From: Candidatus Woesearchaeota archaeon B3_Woes
GTDB taxonomy: Archaea > Nanobdellota > Nanobdellia > Woesearchaeales > B3-WOES
Reading direction: 5' to 3'
Length of the DNA: 64,000 nucleotides
Assembly (NCBI GenBank): GCA_005222965.1
Contig: NJBG01000001.1
Location: forward strand, 799,533 to 863,532
A program made the translations under genes and the position numbers. Below the pieces are notes generated by a model, which had not been told where the DNA came from, did not search any database, and saw only the letters and a list, made by a program, of their open reading frames with translations. Shown here in pieces: positions 10,266 to 19,384 of this stretch. Each line of letters starts with the position of its first letter. Position 1 is the stretch's first letter.

Positions 10266-10694
10266 TCAAGAAACTATTTCTACAACCTTAATCTTAAAAT
10301 TAAGATTCTTTCCAGCAAGAGGATGATTTAGATCAATAGTTATCTCCTTATCATTAGCATCTGTTACTCTAACTGGAATCTGTTTTCCATCTGGTGTACC
10401 CATTCCTAAAACCATTCCAGGTTTTATCTCCTTATCTTTAGGCAGCTTGTCTCTAGGTACTTTCTTAATTAATTCAGGATTAACATCACCATAAGCTTCA
10501 GATGAACTAAGTTTTATCTCTTTCTCCTGCCCTTTTTCCATACCCACAACAGCCTCATCAAAGCCTTTTATTAATTGACCAGCCCCAACTTCAAACTCTA
10601 TTGGTTGTTTTCCTTCTGAAGTATCAAATACATTACCATCATCAAATGTTCCAGTATAATCAACTTTTATTTTATCTCCTTTCTTTATTGGCAT
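10266..10694 (-). CDS. slyD: FKBP-type peptidyl-prolyl isomerase (SlyD-like)
   Basis: VDYTG..DDG.VFDTS, LIKGFDEA and DLNHPLAGK motifs. Confidence 0.95.
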   Translation of the reverse strand: MPIKKGDKIKVDYTGTFDDGNVFDTSEGKQPIEFEVGAGQLIKGFDEAVVGMEKGQEKEIKLSSSEAYGDVNPELIKKVPRDKLPKDKEIKPGMVLGMGTPDGKQIPVRVTDANDKEITIDLNHPLAGKNLNFKIKVVEIVS

Positions 10695-10714
10695 TTTATC
10701 AACTCCTATTTATA

Positions 10715-12088
10715 TTATTTAAATTTAACACCTTTGCCCATCATATTGGCCATGTTTCCCATTCCACCCATTTTTTTAACCATCTTATCCATATCTTTTC
10801 CGCCTTTCATCATCTTCATCATTTTTTTGCCTTGTTTATATTGTTTAATCAATTCCCTCACATCAGAAGGATTAACACCAGCTCCTTTTGCTATCCTATC
10901 AATTCTTGTTGAGCTAATCAAAGAAGGATCTTCTAATTCCTCTTTAGTCATAGAACCCATTGCATGTTTCCACTTTTCTAGTTTGCCTTCCTGAACCTGA
11001 AGCATTTCTTTTGGCATTTTAATTTGTGAAAAACCAGGGATCATCTCCATAACTTTGTTTAAAGGCCCCATTTTCTTCATAGCAACCATCTGTTCATACA
11101 AATCAATAAGCGTAAAATCACCCTTAAGAAGCCTAGCTCCTAAATCCTGAGCTTCATCCTCTGTAATAGCACCTTTTGCTTTTTCTAACAATGCTGCTAT
11201 ATCTCCCATACCCAATAACCTGCCAACAAAACCCTTTGGATTAAATGATTCTAAATCATTAATTTTTTCACCAACTCCAATAAACTTAATCGGAGCCCCC
11301 GAAACAGTACATGCAGATAAAGCACCACCTCCACGTGCAGTTGAATCCATCTTTGTAATAATAATTCCAGTTATATCACAACTTTTATTAAATTGCTCTG
11401 CTTGTGTCTGAGCAGCCTGTCCAATATCAGCAGAAATAATAAGCAATCTTTCCTGAGCCTTAATCAAATCATTAATAGACTCAATCTCTTTAATCAAATC
11501 ATCACTCAAGGCATCTCTTCCTGCAGTATCTATCAAAACAATATCATACTTTTTCTCATGTGCTTCAAAAGATTTCCATATTTTAGTAACATCTTTCTCT
11601 TTTTTATCTATATAAACAGGAACATTAGCCTGATGAGCAATCTGCTCAATCTGATCCATTGCAGCAGGCCTATGAACATCTAGACCAACTAAAGCAACCT
11701 TATAACCTCTTGTAGTGAAATATCTTGCCAATTTTCCACAATGAGTTGTTTTGCCAGAACCAAACAAACCAACCATCATTATTTTGAAAGGCTTAGAATC
11801 AACATTAATCTTAGAAACTTCACCACCCATAAAATTAACTAATTCATCATAAACAATATTAACTAATTGTTCTTTTTTAGTCAAACCAGAAGGAAGATCT
11901 TCTTTTAGAGCCCTCTCCTTAATCTTCTTGGTCAACTCAAAAACTAACTTAACATTAACATCAGCCTGTAGTAGTGCCTTTTGTATATCTTTAATTAATT
12001 CATTTATTAGTTTTTCATCTACAAAAACAGACTTAGCTATCTTGCTTAAGGTATTTTTCAAATTATTACCTAATTTCTCAAGTACCAT
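10715..12088 (-). CDS. srp54: Signal recognition particle protein SRP54
   Basis: GLFGSGKTT, DTAGR, TKMD..ARGGGALS, RLLGMGD and Met-rich M domain. Confidence 0.97.
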   Translation of the reverse strand: MVLEKLGNNLKNTLSKIAKSVFVDEKLINELIKDIQKALLQADVNVKLVFELTKKIKERALKEDLPSGLTKKEQLVNIVYDELVNFMGGEVSKINVDSKPFKIMMVGLFGSGKTTHCGKLARYFTTRGYKVALVGLDVHRPAAMDQIEQIAHQANVPVYIDKKEKDVTKIWKSFEAHEKKYDIVLIDTAGRDALSDDLIKEIESINDLIKAQERLLIISADIGQAAQTQAEQFNKSCDITGIIITKMDSTARGGGALSACTVSGAPIKFIGVGEKINDLESFNPKGFVGRLLGMGDIAALLEKAKGAITEDEAQDLGARLLKGDFTLIDLYEQMVAMKKMGPLNKVMEMIPGFSQIKMPKEMLQVQEGKLEKWKHAMGSMTKEELEDPSLISSTRIDRIAKGAGVNPSDVRELIKQYKQGKKMMKMMKGGKDMDKMVKKMGGMGNMANMMGKGVKFK

Positions 12089-12193
12089 TCCAAAATAAAA
12101 TGAATAACCCTATATAAATATTAAGGTTTATTCCACAACATTTATAAATAAAAGATATTACCATAAAAATATAAAAAACAAGGGTGGTAATAT

Positions 12194-12967
12194 ATGAAAA
12201 AACATAGTTCTACTAAACACAAAACAACCAAAAAGAAATCTACAAAATTTAAAATAAAAAAATCAGACTTTTGGAAATACACAACATTTATCTGTGTTAT
12301 ATTATTAATCTACGTTCTTGCAGCTGGTACAGGATCAGTCAGTGAAAAAAATGCAGGAAACATTGCTATAAATTATATAAACACCAACCTTCTTCCAGAA
12401 GGCAATACAGCTGAACTCAATTCTATAACTGAAACAAACGGTGTTTATGCTGTAGATCTTTCAATTAATGGTCAATCATATACATCTTATGTAACTAAAG
12501 ATGGAAAAATGTTGTTTACACAAGAAGGAATTGATATGACAAAAGAAGTAGAAGCATCAGTAGAAACAACACCAACTCAACCTCAAGGACCAGAAGACTG
12601 GACTGTATTTGAAAATGAACTTTCTGCAGATATTAAATCAAAAATACTATCATTTGAAACAGGATCACCAGAAACATATGAAGGAAGAATATTAGAATTT
12701 AAAAGCTTTGAAGAAATTCCAAAAACTTTGATAGTATTTTATTCTCCAGGTTGTGGATGGTGTAAGAAATATTATCCTGTTCTTCTTGAAGCAAAAGAAA
12801 AATATCCACAACTTAAGATATATGCACTTGAATTAAATGATTATAGAAATGTTGCAAATAAATATGGAATTACAGGAACACCAGGAAATGTAATTAATGG
12901 AAAATATAAAGTTAGTGGATACATGCCAATAGGGGATTTGTCAGACATTTTGAATAAACTAAGTTAA
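12194..12967 (+). CDS. Membrane-anchored thioredoxin-fold protein
   Basis: N-terminal TM; C-terminal FYSPGCGWC and GITGTP (cis-Pro loop). Confidence 0.8.
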   Translation: MKKHSSTKHKTTKKKSTKFKIKKSDFWKYTTFICVILLIYVLAAGTGSVSEKNAGNIAINYINTNLLPEGNTAELNSITETNGVYAVDLSINGQSYTSYVTKDGKMLFTQEGIDMTKEVEASVETTPTQPQGPEDWTVFENELSADIKSKILSFETGSPETYEGRILEFKSFEEIPKTLIVFYSPGCGWCKKYYPVLLEAKEKYPQLKIYALELNDYRNVANKYGITGTPGNVINGKYKVSGYMPIGDLSDILNKLS

Positions 12968-12968
12968 T

Positions 12969-13715
12969 ATGAGAAAACCTTTGATAGCAGCTAACTGGAA
13001 AATGAACTTAACAGTTAAAGAAGCTGTTAGGTTAGCCACTTCATTAAAACAAAAACTAAAAAAGGTAAAAAACAAAGAAATTCTATTATGCCCTTCTTTT
13101 ACAGCTTTACAAGAAGTAAATAAAGCTATAAAAAATTCTAACATAAAATTAGGAGCACAAGATGTTTGTTACAAAGATAAAGGAGCGTATACAGGAGAAA
13201 TCTCTCCTAAAATGCTTAAAGAATTTGGTTGTAAATATGTTATAGTGGGACATTCTGAAAGAAGGCATATCTTTAATGAAACAGATAATATAATAAATCT
13301 AAAATTGAAAAATGCCTTAAAAAATAAACTAAATCCAATACTCTGTGTTGGAGAAACTTTAACAGAAAGAAAATCAAACAAAACAAAAAAAGTTATCATA
13401 AACCAAATAAAAAAAGGATTAAAAGACGTTAGTAAAAAAGATATGAAAAATGTTGTTATTGCTTATGAACCAGTATGGGCAATTGGAACCGGAAAAACAA
13501 GTTCTCCTCAAGATGCTCAAAAATCCCATAACACCATAAGAAACCGAATCAATAAAATATATAGCAAAGGAATAAGCAAAAAAATAAGAATTCTTTATGG
13601 AGGAAGCGTCACTCCAGATAACTCAAAAGAATTAATAGCTCAACCAGATATAGATGGTTCTCTAGTTGGTACTAAATCATTAAAAGCACAAGATTTTTCT
13701 AGAATAATCAAATAA
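12969..13715 (+). CDS. tpiA: Triosephosphate isomerase (bacterial type)
   Basis: AANWKMN, GHSERR, AYEPVWAIGTG and YGGSV motifs; 248 aa. Confidence 0.97.
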   Translation: MRKPLIAANWKMNLTVKEAVRLATSLKQKLKKVKNKEILLCPSFTALQEVNKAIKNSNIKLGAQDVCYKDKGAYTGEISPKMLKEFGCKYVIVGHSERRHIFNETDNIINLKLKNALKNKLNPILCVGETLTERKSNKTKKVIINQIKKGLKDVSKKDMKNVVIAYEPVWAIGTGKTSSPQDAQKSHNTIRNRINKIYSKGISKKIRILYGGSVTPDNSKELIAQPDIDGSLVGTKSLKAQDFSRIIK

Positions 13716-14232
13716 CTTTTACATAAACTATATTTGTACTAGAAGTTCCACCAGTTACACTAATTGTTACAGCATACTTTCCTACTTGTGCATCACCACT
13801 AACTCTAATAGGAATATCAAATATTTCTCTTTCATTACTCTCTATAGCTCTTGTTACACTTGTAACTTTTATATCATTAACAGTACAACCACTCATTACA
13901 GAACCATCATTATCATAACAAGACGTACCATCCCATGAAGGGGTTATTCCAAAACTAGTTGTATTATCATTTATATTTAATATTCCAATACCAACAATAT
14001 CACTCTTCCCTTGTCTTACTGTTAGTTGAGATGGATAAACAACAACCTGATCAGCAGAACTCATCATAATTTGTTGTATCTCTTTTTTTGTCTGATCATC
14101 AAGATTTTGTTTTATAACATCTGCTTCAACAAAAAACTTTCTAAATAAACTTAAACCCATCCCAAACACAACTAACGCTATTACTAACATTACAATAAAA
14201 TTAATAGTTAATTGAAGCCCTTTTTTATTCAT
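13708..14232 (-). CDS. Class III signal-peptide (pilin-like) surface protein
   Basis: MNKKG/LQLTINFIVMLVIALVVFGMG followed by a beta-rich Ig-like C-terminus. Confidence 0.7.
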   Translation of the reverse strand: MNKKGLQLTINFIVMLVIALVVFGMGLSLFRKFFVEADVIKQNLDDQTKKEIQQIMMSSADQVVVYPSQLTVRQGKSDIVGIGILNINDNTTSFGITPSWDGTSCYDNDGSVMSGCTVNDIKVTSVTRAIESNEREIFDIPIRVSGDAQVGKYAVTISVTGGTSSTNIVYVKVI

Positions 14233-14744
14233 TTTGTATCTGTAACATCTACAACTACTTCTAACATTTTTGTATTGTTATCAGAGTCTTTTGCCAATAA
14301 TTCAAATAAACAAGTTCCTTCATAAAGCTTTGGATCTGCTTCTATTACTAAAGGAGGAACCCTATTACTCCTTGGTAACACGGTTATACCTTCTTTATAA
14401 TCAAAAGAAATTTTACTACAATCTATATCTTTACTAATATTACTATATGTGTGGTTTATATTCCATGCAACAACCTTGCTATCTTCATTTTTCAAAAGCA
14501 TAAAAAATATTCTCCTTTCTCCAGGTTGAATACTAACTGTTTGAAATTCCAAATCAAATGTTTTTTCAGACATTTTTAACCTATCAATCCTTTGATTAGT
14601 TATAGTATCAAAAGCATCTTTTATATCTCCCCCCATTTTTGAATACATATAACGTCCAAAAGTCAAAAATATCCCTAAAAAAACAATAGCAATTATTATT
14701 AAAACGATTGTTTCTGTTGTAATATATACAGTAGCTTTTTTCAT
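14229..14744 (-). CDS. Class III signal-peptide (pilin-like) surface protein
   Basis: MKKA/TVYITTETIVLIIIA; same architecture as neighbours; C-terminal LEVVVDV. Confidence 0.65.
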   Translation of the reverse strand: MKKATVYITTETIVLIIIAIVFLGIFLTFGRYMYSKMGGDIKDAFDTITNQRIDRLKMSEKTFDLEFQTVSIQPGERRIFFMLLKNEDSKVVAWNINHTYSNISKDIDCSKISFDYKEGITVLPRSNRVPPLVIEADPKLYEGTCLFELLAKDSDNNTKMLEVVVDVTDTK

Positions 14745-14768
14745 CTTAATAAAAAAGAAACTATTAAC

Positions 14769-14981
14769 TCATTTTATTATTTCATACTCTTTTACAATTA
14801 TTATAAGCAATAATATTAATACAATTGCTCCTATTGATATAACTGCAACACCATCAAGAGCCATACCTCTAAATATCAACCATAAACCAAAAACCATTAT
14901 AAATGTGCCAATCCACAAAAATTTGTCTAGAACAAGCTTCATTACCTCAAATTCTTGTTGGTCTGTTAATCTTTTTTTCAT
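14769..14981 (-). CDS. Small two-TM membrane protein
   Basis: 70 aa; FEVMKLVLDKFLW plus two hydrophobic helices. Confidence 0.65.
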   Translation of the reverse strand: MKKRLTDQQEFEVMKLVLDKFLWIGTFIMVFGLWLIFRGMALDGVAVISIGAIVLILLLIIIVKEYEIIK

Positions 14982-14997
14982 ATTAAAAAGAGCAAAT

Positions 14998-15651
14998 TTA
15001 ACTTACTACATCAACAGTCAATTCAACTATTTTATTATAATCAGGAGTACCTACACTATCTGCATCTGAATCCCCTTTTAATTCAAAAACACAACTACCT
15101 ACATTTGAACTAGATGTTGTTTTAATATTTATTGGCACTACTACAACAGAACCCTTTGCTACTTTTGTTTTAGTACCTTTAAACTCAAGATATACTTCTA
15201 CTACATCTGTTGGTTCTGTCCCACTATCTGTTCTTGCACCACATAAACCTGTTGTTGTCCCTTCCATTGAAATAACTCCTGCTGTAGTAACATTAAATAC
15301 ATTTGTCCTATTAGTAGAACCAGTTTCTCCCAATCTACTTGCCTCAACCTGCCTCAACTGAAAATTTTTCCCAACCGTAGCTTTATTTTTAAATCCAATA
15401 AAAATCTGAGTATCTTCTCCTGCTTTAAGCTCAACTTTAGGCCTGCTTAAATCAAAAACTTTATCACTCTCTTTCATCTGATCAATCATTTGTTTTTTAA
15501 CAGTCCCACCAACCTCTTCAAACTCCTTTGTAGCAGAACCAAATATATTTCTCATAAAAGACAAACCAAGCCCAAGCATGGTTATAGCAAGAATCAAAAC
15601 AACAATAGCATTAATACTGAGATTCAAACCACCTTTTTTATTACGCCTCAT
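14998..15651 (-). CDS. Class III signal-peptide (pilin-like) protein, paralog A
   Basis: MRRNKKG/GLNLSINAIVVLILA; AGGTGG RBS. Confidence 0.75.
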   Translation of the reverse strand: MRRNKKGGLNLSINAIVVLILAITMLGLGLSFMRNIFGSATKEFEEVGGTVKKQMIDQMKESDKVFDLSRPKVELKAGEDTQIFIGFKNKATVGKNFQLRQVEASRLGETGSTNRTNVFNVTTAGVISMEGTTTGLCGARTDSGTEPTDVVEVYLEFKGTKTKVAKGSVVVVPINIKTTSSSNVGSCVFELKGDSDADSVGTPDYNKIVELTVDVVS

Positions 15652-15665
15652 TTATCCACCTCTAT

Positions 15666-16235
15666 TTAACTTACAATATCAACAGTCAACTCAATAGTTT
15701 CATTCTTATCTAGACTACCTGAAGTAGTACCATGTTCAACAACTATTTCATAAAAACAAGTATCTTGATCTACATCAGAACTGGTTTTAACATTTAAAGG
15801 CAAAACAACAACTTCTCCTTTTAATACTTCTGTTTCACCTGTTTTAAACTCTAAATAAATTATTTTATCTCCGGTATTATCTAATATATTACAAGTATCA
15901 GCATCACCTAATGTAGTTGATGACGAACCAGTAGTACTTACCTGAAAATATCTTTGAACATTGCCATCATTTTTAAATCCAATAAAAATTTGAGTTTCTT
16001 CCCCTGCCTTAAGCTCTACTTTAGGCCTGCTCAAATCAACAGTATTATCACTCTCTTTCATCTGATCAATCATCTGCTTTCTAACAGTTCCTCCAACTTC
16101 TTCAAACTCTTGTGTAGCAGAACCAAATATATTTCTCATAAAAGACAAACCAAGCCCAAGCATGGTTATAGCAAGAATCAAAACAACAATAGCATTAATA
16201 CTAAGATTTAGAGCAGCCCTCTTATTACGCCTCAT
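15666..16235 (-). CDS. Class III signal-peptide (pilin-like) protein, paralog B
   Basis: MRRNKRA/ALNLSINAIVVLILA; N-terminal ~88 aa nearly identical to paralog A; GAGGTG RBS. Confidence 0.75.
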   Translation of the reverse strand: MRRNKRAALNLSINAIVVLILAITMLGLGLSFMRNIFGSATQEFEEVGGTVRKQMIDQMKESDNTVDLSRPKVELKAGEETQIFIGFKNDGNVQRYFQVSTTGSSSTTLGDADTCNILDNTGDKIIYLEFKTGETEVLKGEVVVLPLNVKTSSDVDQDTCFYEIVVEHGTTSGSLDKNETIELTVDIVS

Positions 16236-16366
16236 TCATACACCTCTTTTTCTAAGATAAACATAATTATAAGATATTATTTTTTTCTTAATATATAAAG
16301 CTTTCTATAAATTAGTTTTGTTATTTTCACGAAAATCTTATAAACTTGGAATTTATATTAAGAAAT

Positions 16367-18031
16367 ATGAATAAAAAAGATATAAGGAATCTTGTTTTAC
16401 AAAACGCAGTAAAATTTAACGGAAAAGCTAATGTTTCTGCTGTTATCGGCCATCTAATCTCAAACAATCCTAAGGTAAAAGAAAACATAAAAGAGATATC
16501 CAAAGAAGTAAACAATATTGTAAAGGAAATTAATAAACTAAGCCTAGAAAAACAACAAAAAGAACTTAAAAAAAAAGCTCCTGGATTATTAAAAGAAAAA
16601 AAACAAGAAAAAAAACAAGGTTTAAAGGATCTACCTAATGCTGAAAAAGGAAAAGTTGTTATGCGGCTTGAACCAAGCCCTTCTGGCCCTTTGCATATTG
16701 GTCATGCCTATGTTGGAAGCCTGAATCATTCATATTGTGAAAAATATAATGGAAAATTTATAATTAGAATTGGAGATACAAACGCAAACAACATCTATGA
16801 ACCTGCTTATGAATTAATTAAACAAGATTCTAAATGGTTATGGGGAAATGATATTGAAATTACAACTCAATCAGATAATATCAAAGTTTATTATGAATAT
16901 GCTGAAAAACTATTTGAAAAAGAAGTATTATATGTTTGTGATTGTGATCCTGAAAAATTTAAAGAGTTAATTATTAGCAAAACAGCCTGTCCTTGTAGAC
17001 ATCTTTCTAAAGATAAACAAATCCAAAGATGGAAAAAAATGTTAGATAAAAAAGGCTACAAAGAAGGAGAAGCTGTTGTAAGATTCAAATCTTCTGTTGA
17101 TTATAAAAACCCAGCAATGAGAGATTTTCCTTTGTTAAGAATTAATAAAACAAAACACCAAAAAACAGGAAACAAATATAGAGTATGGCCTCTAATGAAT
17201 TTTTCAGTAGCTATTGATGACCTAACATCAGGAATAACCCATAATATAAGAGGAAAAGACCATGCTGATAATGAAAAACGCCAGAGAATGATTTTTGAAG
17301 CCTTGGAAAAACAACCTCCAACAGCCTTGTTTGTCGGAAGAATTAATTTTGAAGGATTTGAAGTAAGCTCTACAAAAACAAAAGAAAAGATTGATAAAAA
17401 AGTTTATACCGGGTGGGATGACATAAGAATTCCTTTTATTCCTTCTCTAAAAAGAAGAGGATATCAACCTCAAAGTTTTGTTAAATACGCAATTGATGTT
17501 GGTGTTAGTCTAACAGACAAAACAGTTCATATTGAGGATTTTTTTAAATCAATTAATCATTTTAATAAAGAAGATATAGACAAAACATCAAACAGATATT
17601 TTTTTGTAGAAAATCCTAAAAAAATAAAGATTCAACACAAAGAAAAAGAAGTTAAATTACTGATACACCCAGATTTTAAAGAAAGAGGGTATAGAATTCT
17701 AAAGGCAAAAGATGAATTCTATATACAGGATAAATTAGAAAAAGGAAAGAATTACAGGTTAATGCATTTACTTAATTTTAAAGATAATTCATTCATTTCA
17801 GAAGGAATTGATGAAAGCCTAAAAGCCAAGATGATACACTGGCTTCCTGTAACTGATGATTTAGTTGATGTTGAAATCCTAATGAACAATGGAAAAACAA
17901 TAAAAGGCCTAGCAGAACCAGACCTAAAAAACGAAAAAATTAATAATATAGTGCAATTTGAAAGATTTGGGTTTTGTAAATTAGACAAAATAGAAAATAA
18001 TAAATATAAATTTTGGTTTACACATAGATGA
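16367..18031 (+). CDS. gltX: Glutamyl-tRNA synthetase (archaeal type)
   Basis: RLEPSPSGPLHIGH, RGKDH, GWDDIR and QFERFGF motifs. Confidence 0.97.
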   Translation: MNKKDIRNLVLQNAVKFNGKANVSAVIGHLISNNPKVKENIKEISKEVNNIVKEINKLSLEKQQKELKKKAPGLLKEKKQEKKQGLKDLPNAEKGKVVMRLEPSPSGPLHIGHAYVGSLNHSYCEKYNGKFIIRIGDTNANNIYEPAYELIKQDSKWLWGNDIEITTQSDNIKVYYEYAEKLFEKEVLYVCDCDPEKFKELIISKTACPCRHLSKDKQIQRWKKMLDKKGYKEGEAVVRFKSSVDYKNPAMRDFPLLRINKTKHQKTGNKYRVWPLMNFSVAIDDLTSGITHNIRGKDHADNEKRQRMIFEALEKQPPTALFVGRINFEGFEVSSTKTKEKIDKKVYTGWDDIRIPFIPSLKRRGYQPQSFVKYAIDVGVSLTDKTVHIEDFFKSINHFNKEDIDKTSNRYFFVENPKKIKIQHKEKEVKLLIHPDFKERGYRILKAKDEFYIQDKLEKGKNYRLMHLLNFKDNSFISEGIDESLKAKMIHWLPVTDDLVDVEILMNNGKTIKGLAEPDLKNEKINNIVQFERFGFCKLDKIENNKYKFWFTHR

Positions 18032-18042
18032 GGTGAAATAAA

Positions 18043-18222
18043 ATGTCAGAATTGGTTGTTAAAGCAAAAATAAAAGAACTAGCAAAAATAGATGAAAAAT
18101 CTCTTAACGTTTCAACAGATTTCTATGAAAAAATAAATAAAAAAGTAGAAAGAATAATTCTTGAAGCTTGCGAAAGAGCAAAAGCAAACGGAAGAAATAC
18201 AATTATGGGAAAAGATGTTTAA
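18043..18222 (+). CDS. Histone-fold protein, 59 aa (MSELVVKAKIKELAKIDEKSLNVSTDFYEKINKKVERIILEACERAKANGRNTIMGKDV)
   Basis: Not in ORF track; GAGGTGA RBS at 18030; C-terminal RAKANGRxTIxxxD histone L2/RD-clamp motif. Confidence 0.85.
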   Translation: MSELVVKAKIKELAKIDEKSLNVSTDFYEKINKKVERIILEACERAKANGRNTIMGKDV

Positions 18223-18773
18223 ATCTTTTCTTTTAACCTATTAATCTTATCTTCAATAACTTTTAATTTAGATTTAGGAATCCCCCTTGATTTTAATTTC
18301 TCATATTTTTCTTCTAAATCATACAATATATTCTTTAATTCAATATTTTTGGTATTAGTAACAGGATCTACAATGCCTTTTGCTTTATCTTCTTTCATCT
18401 TTGTCTTAATCTTTTTCTCTAACTCTTTTACCTTTTGCTGCCTTCCCTCAATCATCTTAGTATACTTTTCAAATTTTTCCTCTAATTCTATTATTCTATC
18501 CTTAACTTCCTGACTAATATCTTTTTCATCTCCTCTAGCCAATATTCCCCTCTCTAGACTAATAACTTCAAGAATTAGCTTTTCTAATCTCTTAAACTCC
18601 TGAGTAATTTTTTTCTTAGGTGTTTTTTTATTCAAAGATAATTCTTTTACTTTTTCAACATGTTTGTTTAATCTTTCCTTCGCCTTGTCAGTTTTTTCAT
18701 ATTTATGATAAGCATTAGCTAAACTTTTAAAAAATTCTTTAGAAATATCTTTATTATAAATTTGTTGATCCAT
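18219..18773 (-). CDS. Coiled-coil hypothetical protein
   Basis: 184 aa, K/E-rich heptads. Confidence 0.7.
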   Translation of the reverse strand: MDQQIYNKDISKEFFKSLANAYHKYEKTDKAKERLNKHVEKVKELSLNKKTPKKKITQEFKRLEKLILEVISLERGILARGDEKDISQEVKDRIIELEEKFEKYTKMIEGRQQKVKELEKKIKTKMKEDKAKGIVDPVTNTKNIELKNILYDLEEKYEKLKSRGIPKSKLKVIEDKINRLKEKI

Positions 18774-18775
18774 TC

Positions 18776-19315
18776 TTACTTTTTTCTAAATAAACCTTTT
18801 TTAACAGGTTTAGAAGGCCTAGGCATTCCTTTTGGAGGAGGGACCCGCATTGGATTCATACCAGGCATACCTGGTTTAGGAAAAGAAGGGATTCCTTGAA
18901 TTGGAGGTCCTTGAGGTGCTCTAGGCAGAGGTTGAGGACCAGGCATAGGGGGTCTTGGACCTAATCTTGGCATAGGTTGATTAGGAATTGGTCTTGGGGC
19001 CATCGGTCTTTGTTGAATTTCTGGTTTTCCTCCTTTTACCAAATCAGCAATAGATAAAAGCCCTTCTGCAATTTTTTGATTTTGATCAAGAAGATTATCT
19101 AATTTATCATGTATAGCTTCTAATTTTATCCCATCAGGTTTTTCATTTTTAAGACTTAAGCTAGCCTCTTTAAATAAATCTAACATTTGATTAAGTTTAC
19201 CCATAACATTATTTGCAGAACCAGAATTTTTCCCTTCTTTTAACTCTTTTATTTCTTGTTTTAATCTTGCAATATCTTTACGTGAAATAATCTCATAATC
19301 TACATCATCACTCAT
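18776..19315 (-). CDS. Hypothetical protein with coiled-coil and Pro/Met/Gly-rich tail
   Basis: GAGGTG RBS; Pro-rich C-terminus ending KKGLFRKK. Confidence 0.7.
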   Translation of the reverse strand: MSDDVDYEIISRKDIARLKQEIKELKEGKNSGSANNVMGKLNQMLDLFKEASLSLKNEKPDGIKLEAIHDKLDNLLDQNQKIAEGLLSIADLVKGGKPEIQQRPMAPRPIPNQPMPRLGPRPPMPGPQPLPRAPQGPPIQGIPSFPKPGMPGMNPMRVPPPKGMPRPSKPVKKGLFRKK

Positions 19316-19384
19316 AAAACACCTCTTTTTAAATAAAACTAGAGTTTATTCTTTATAAACATTTCTTTTTTAGAATTAAAAAAA

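Noticed and set aside
14998..16235. Diversity-generating retroelement TR/VR pair
   Set aside because: The differences are not adenine-specific, the repeat is N-terminal coding sequence, and no reverse transcriptase is in the window.
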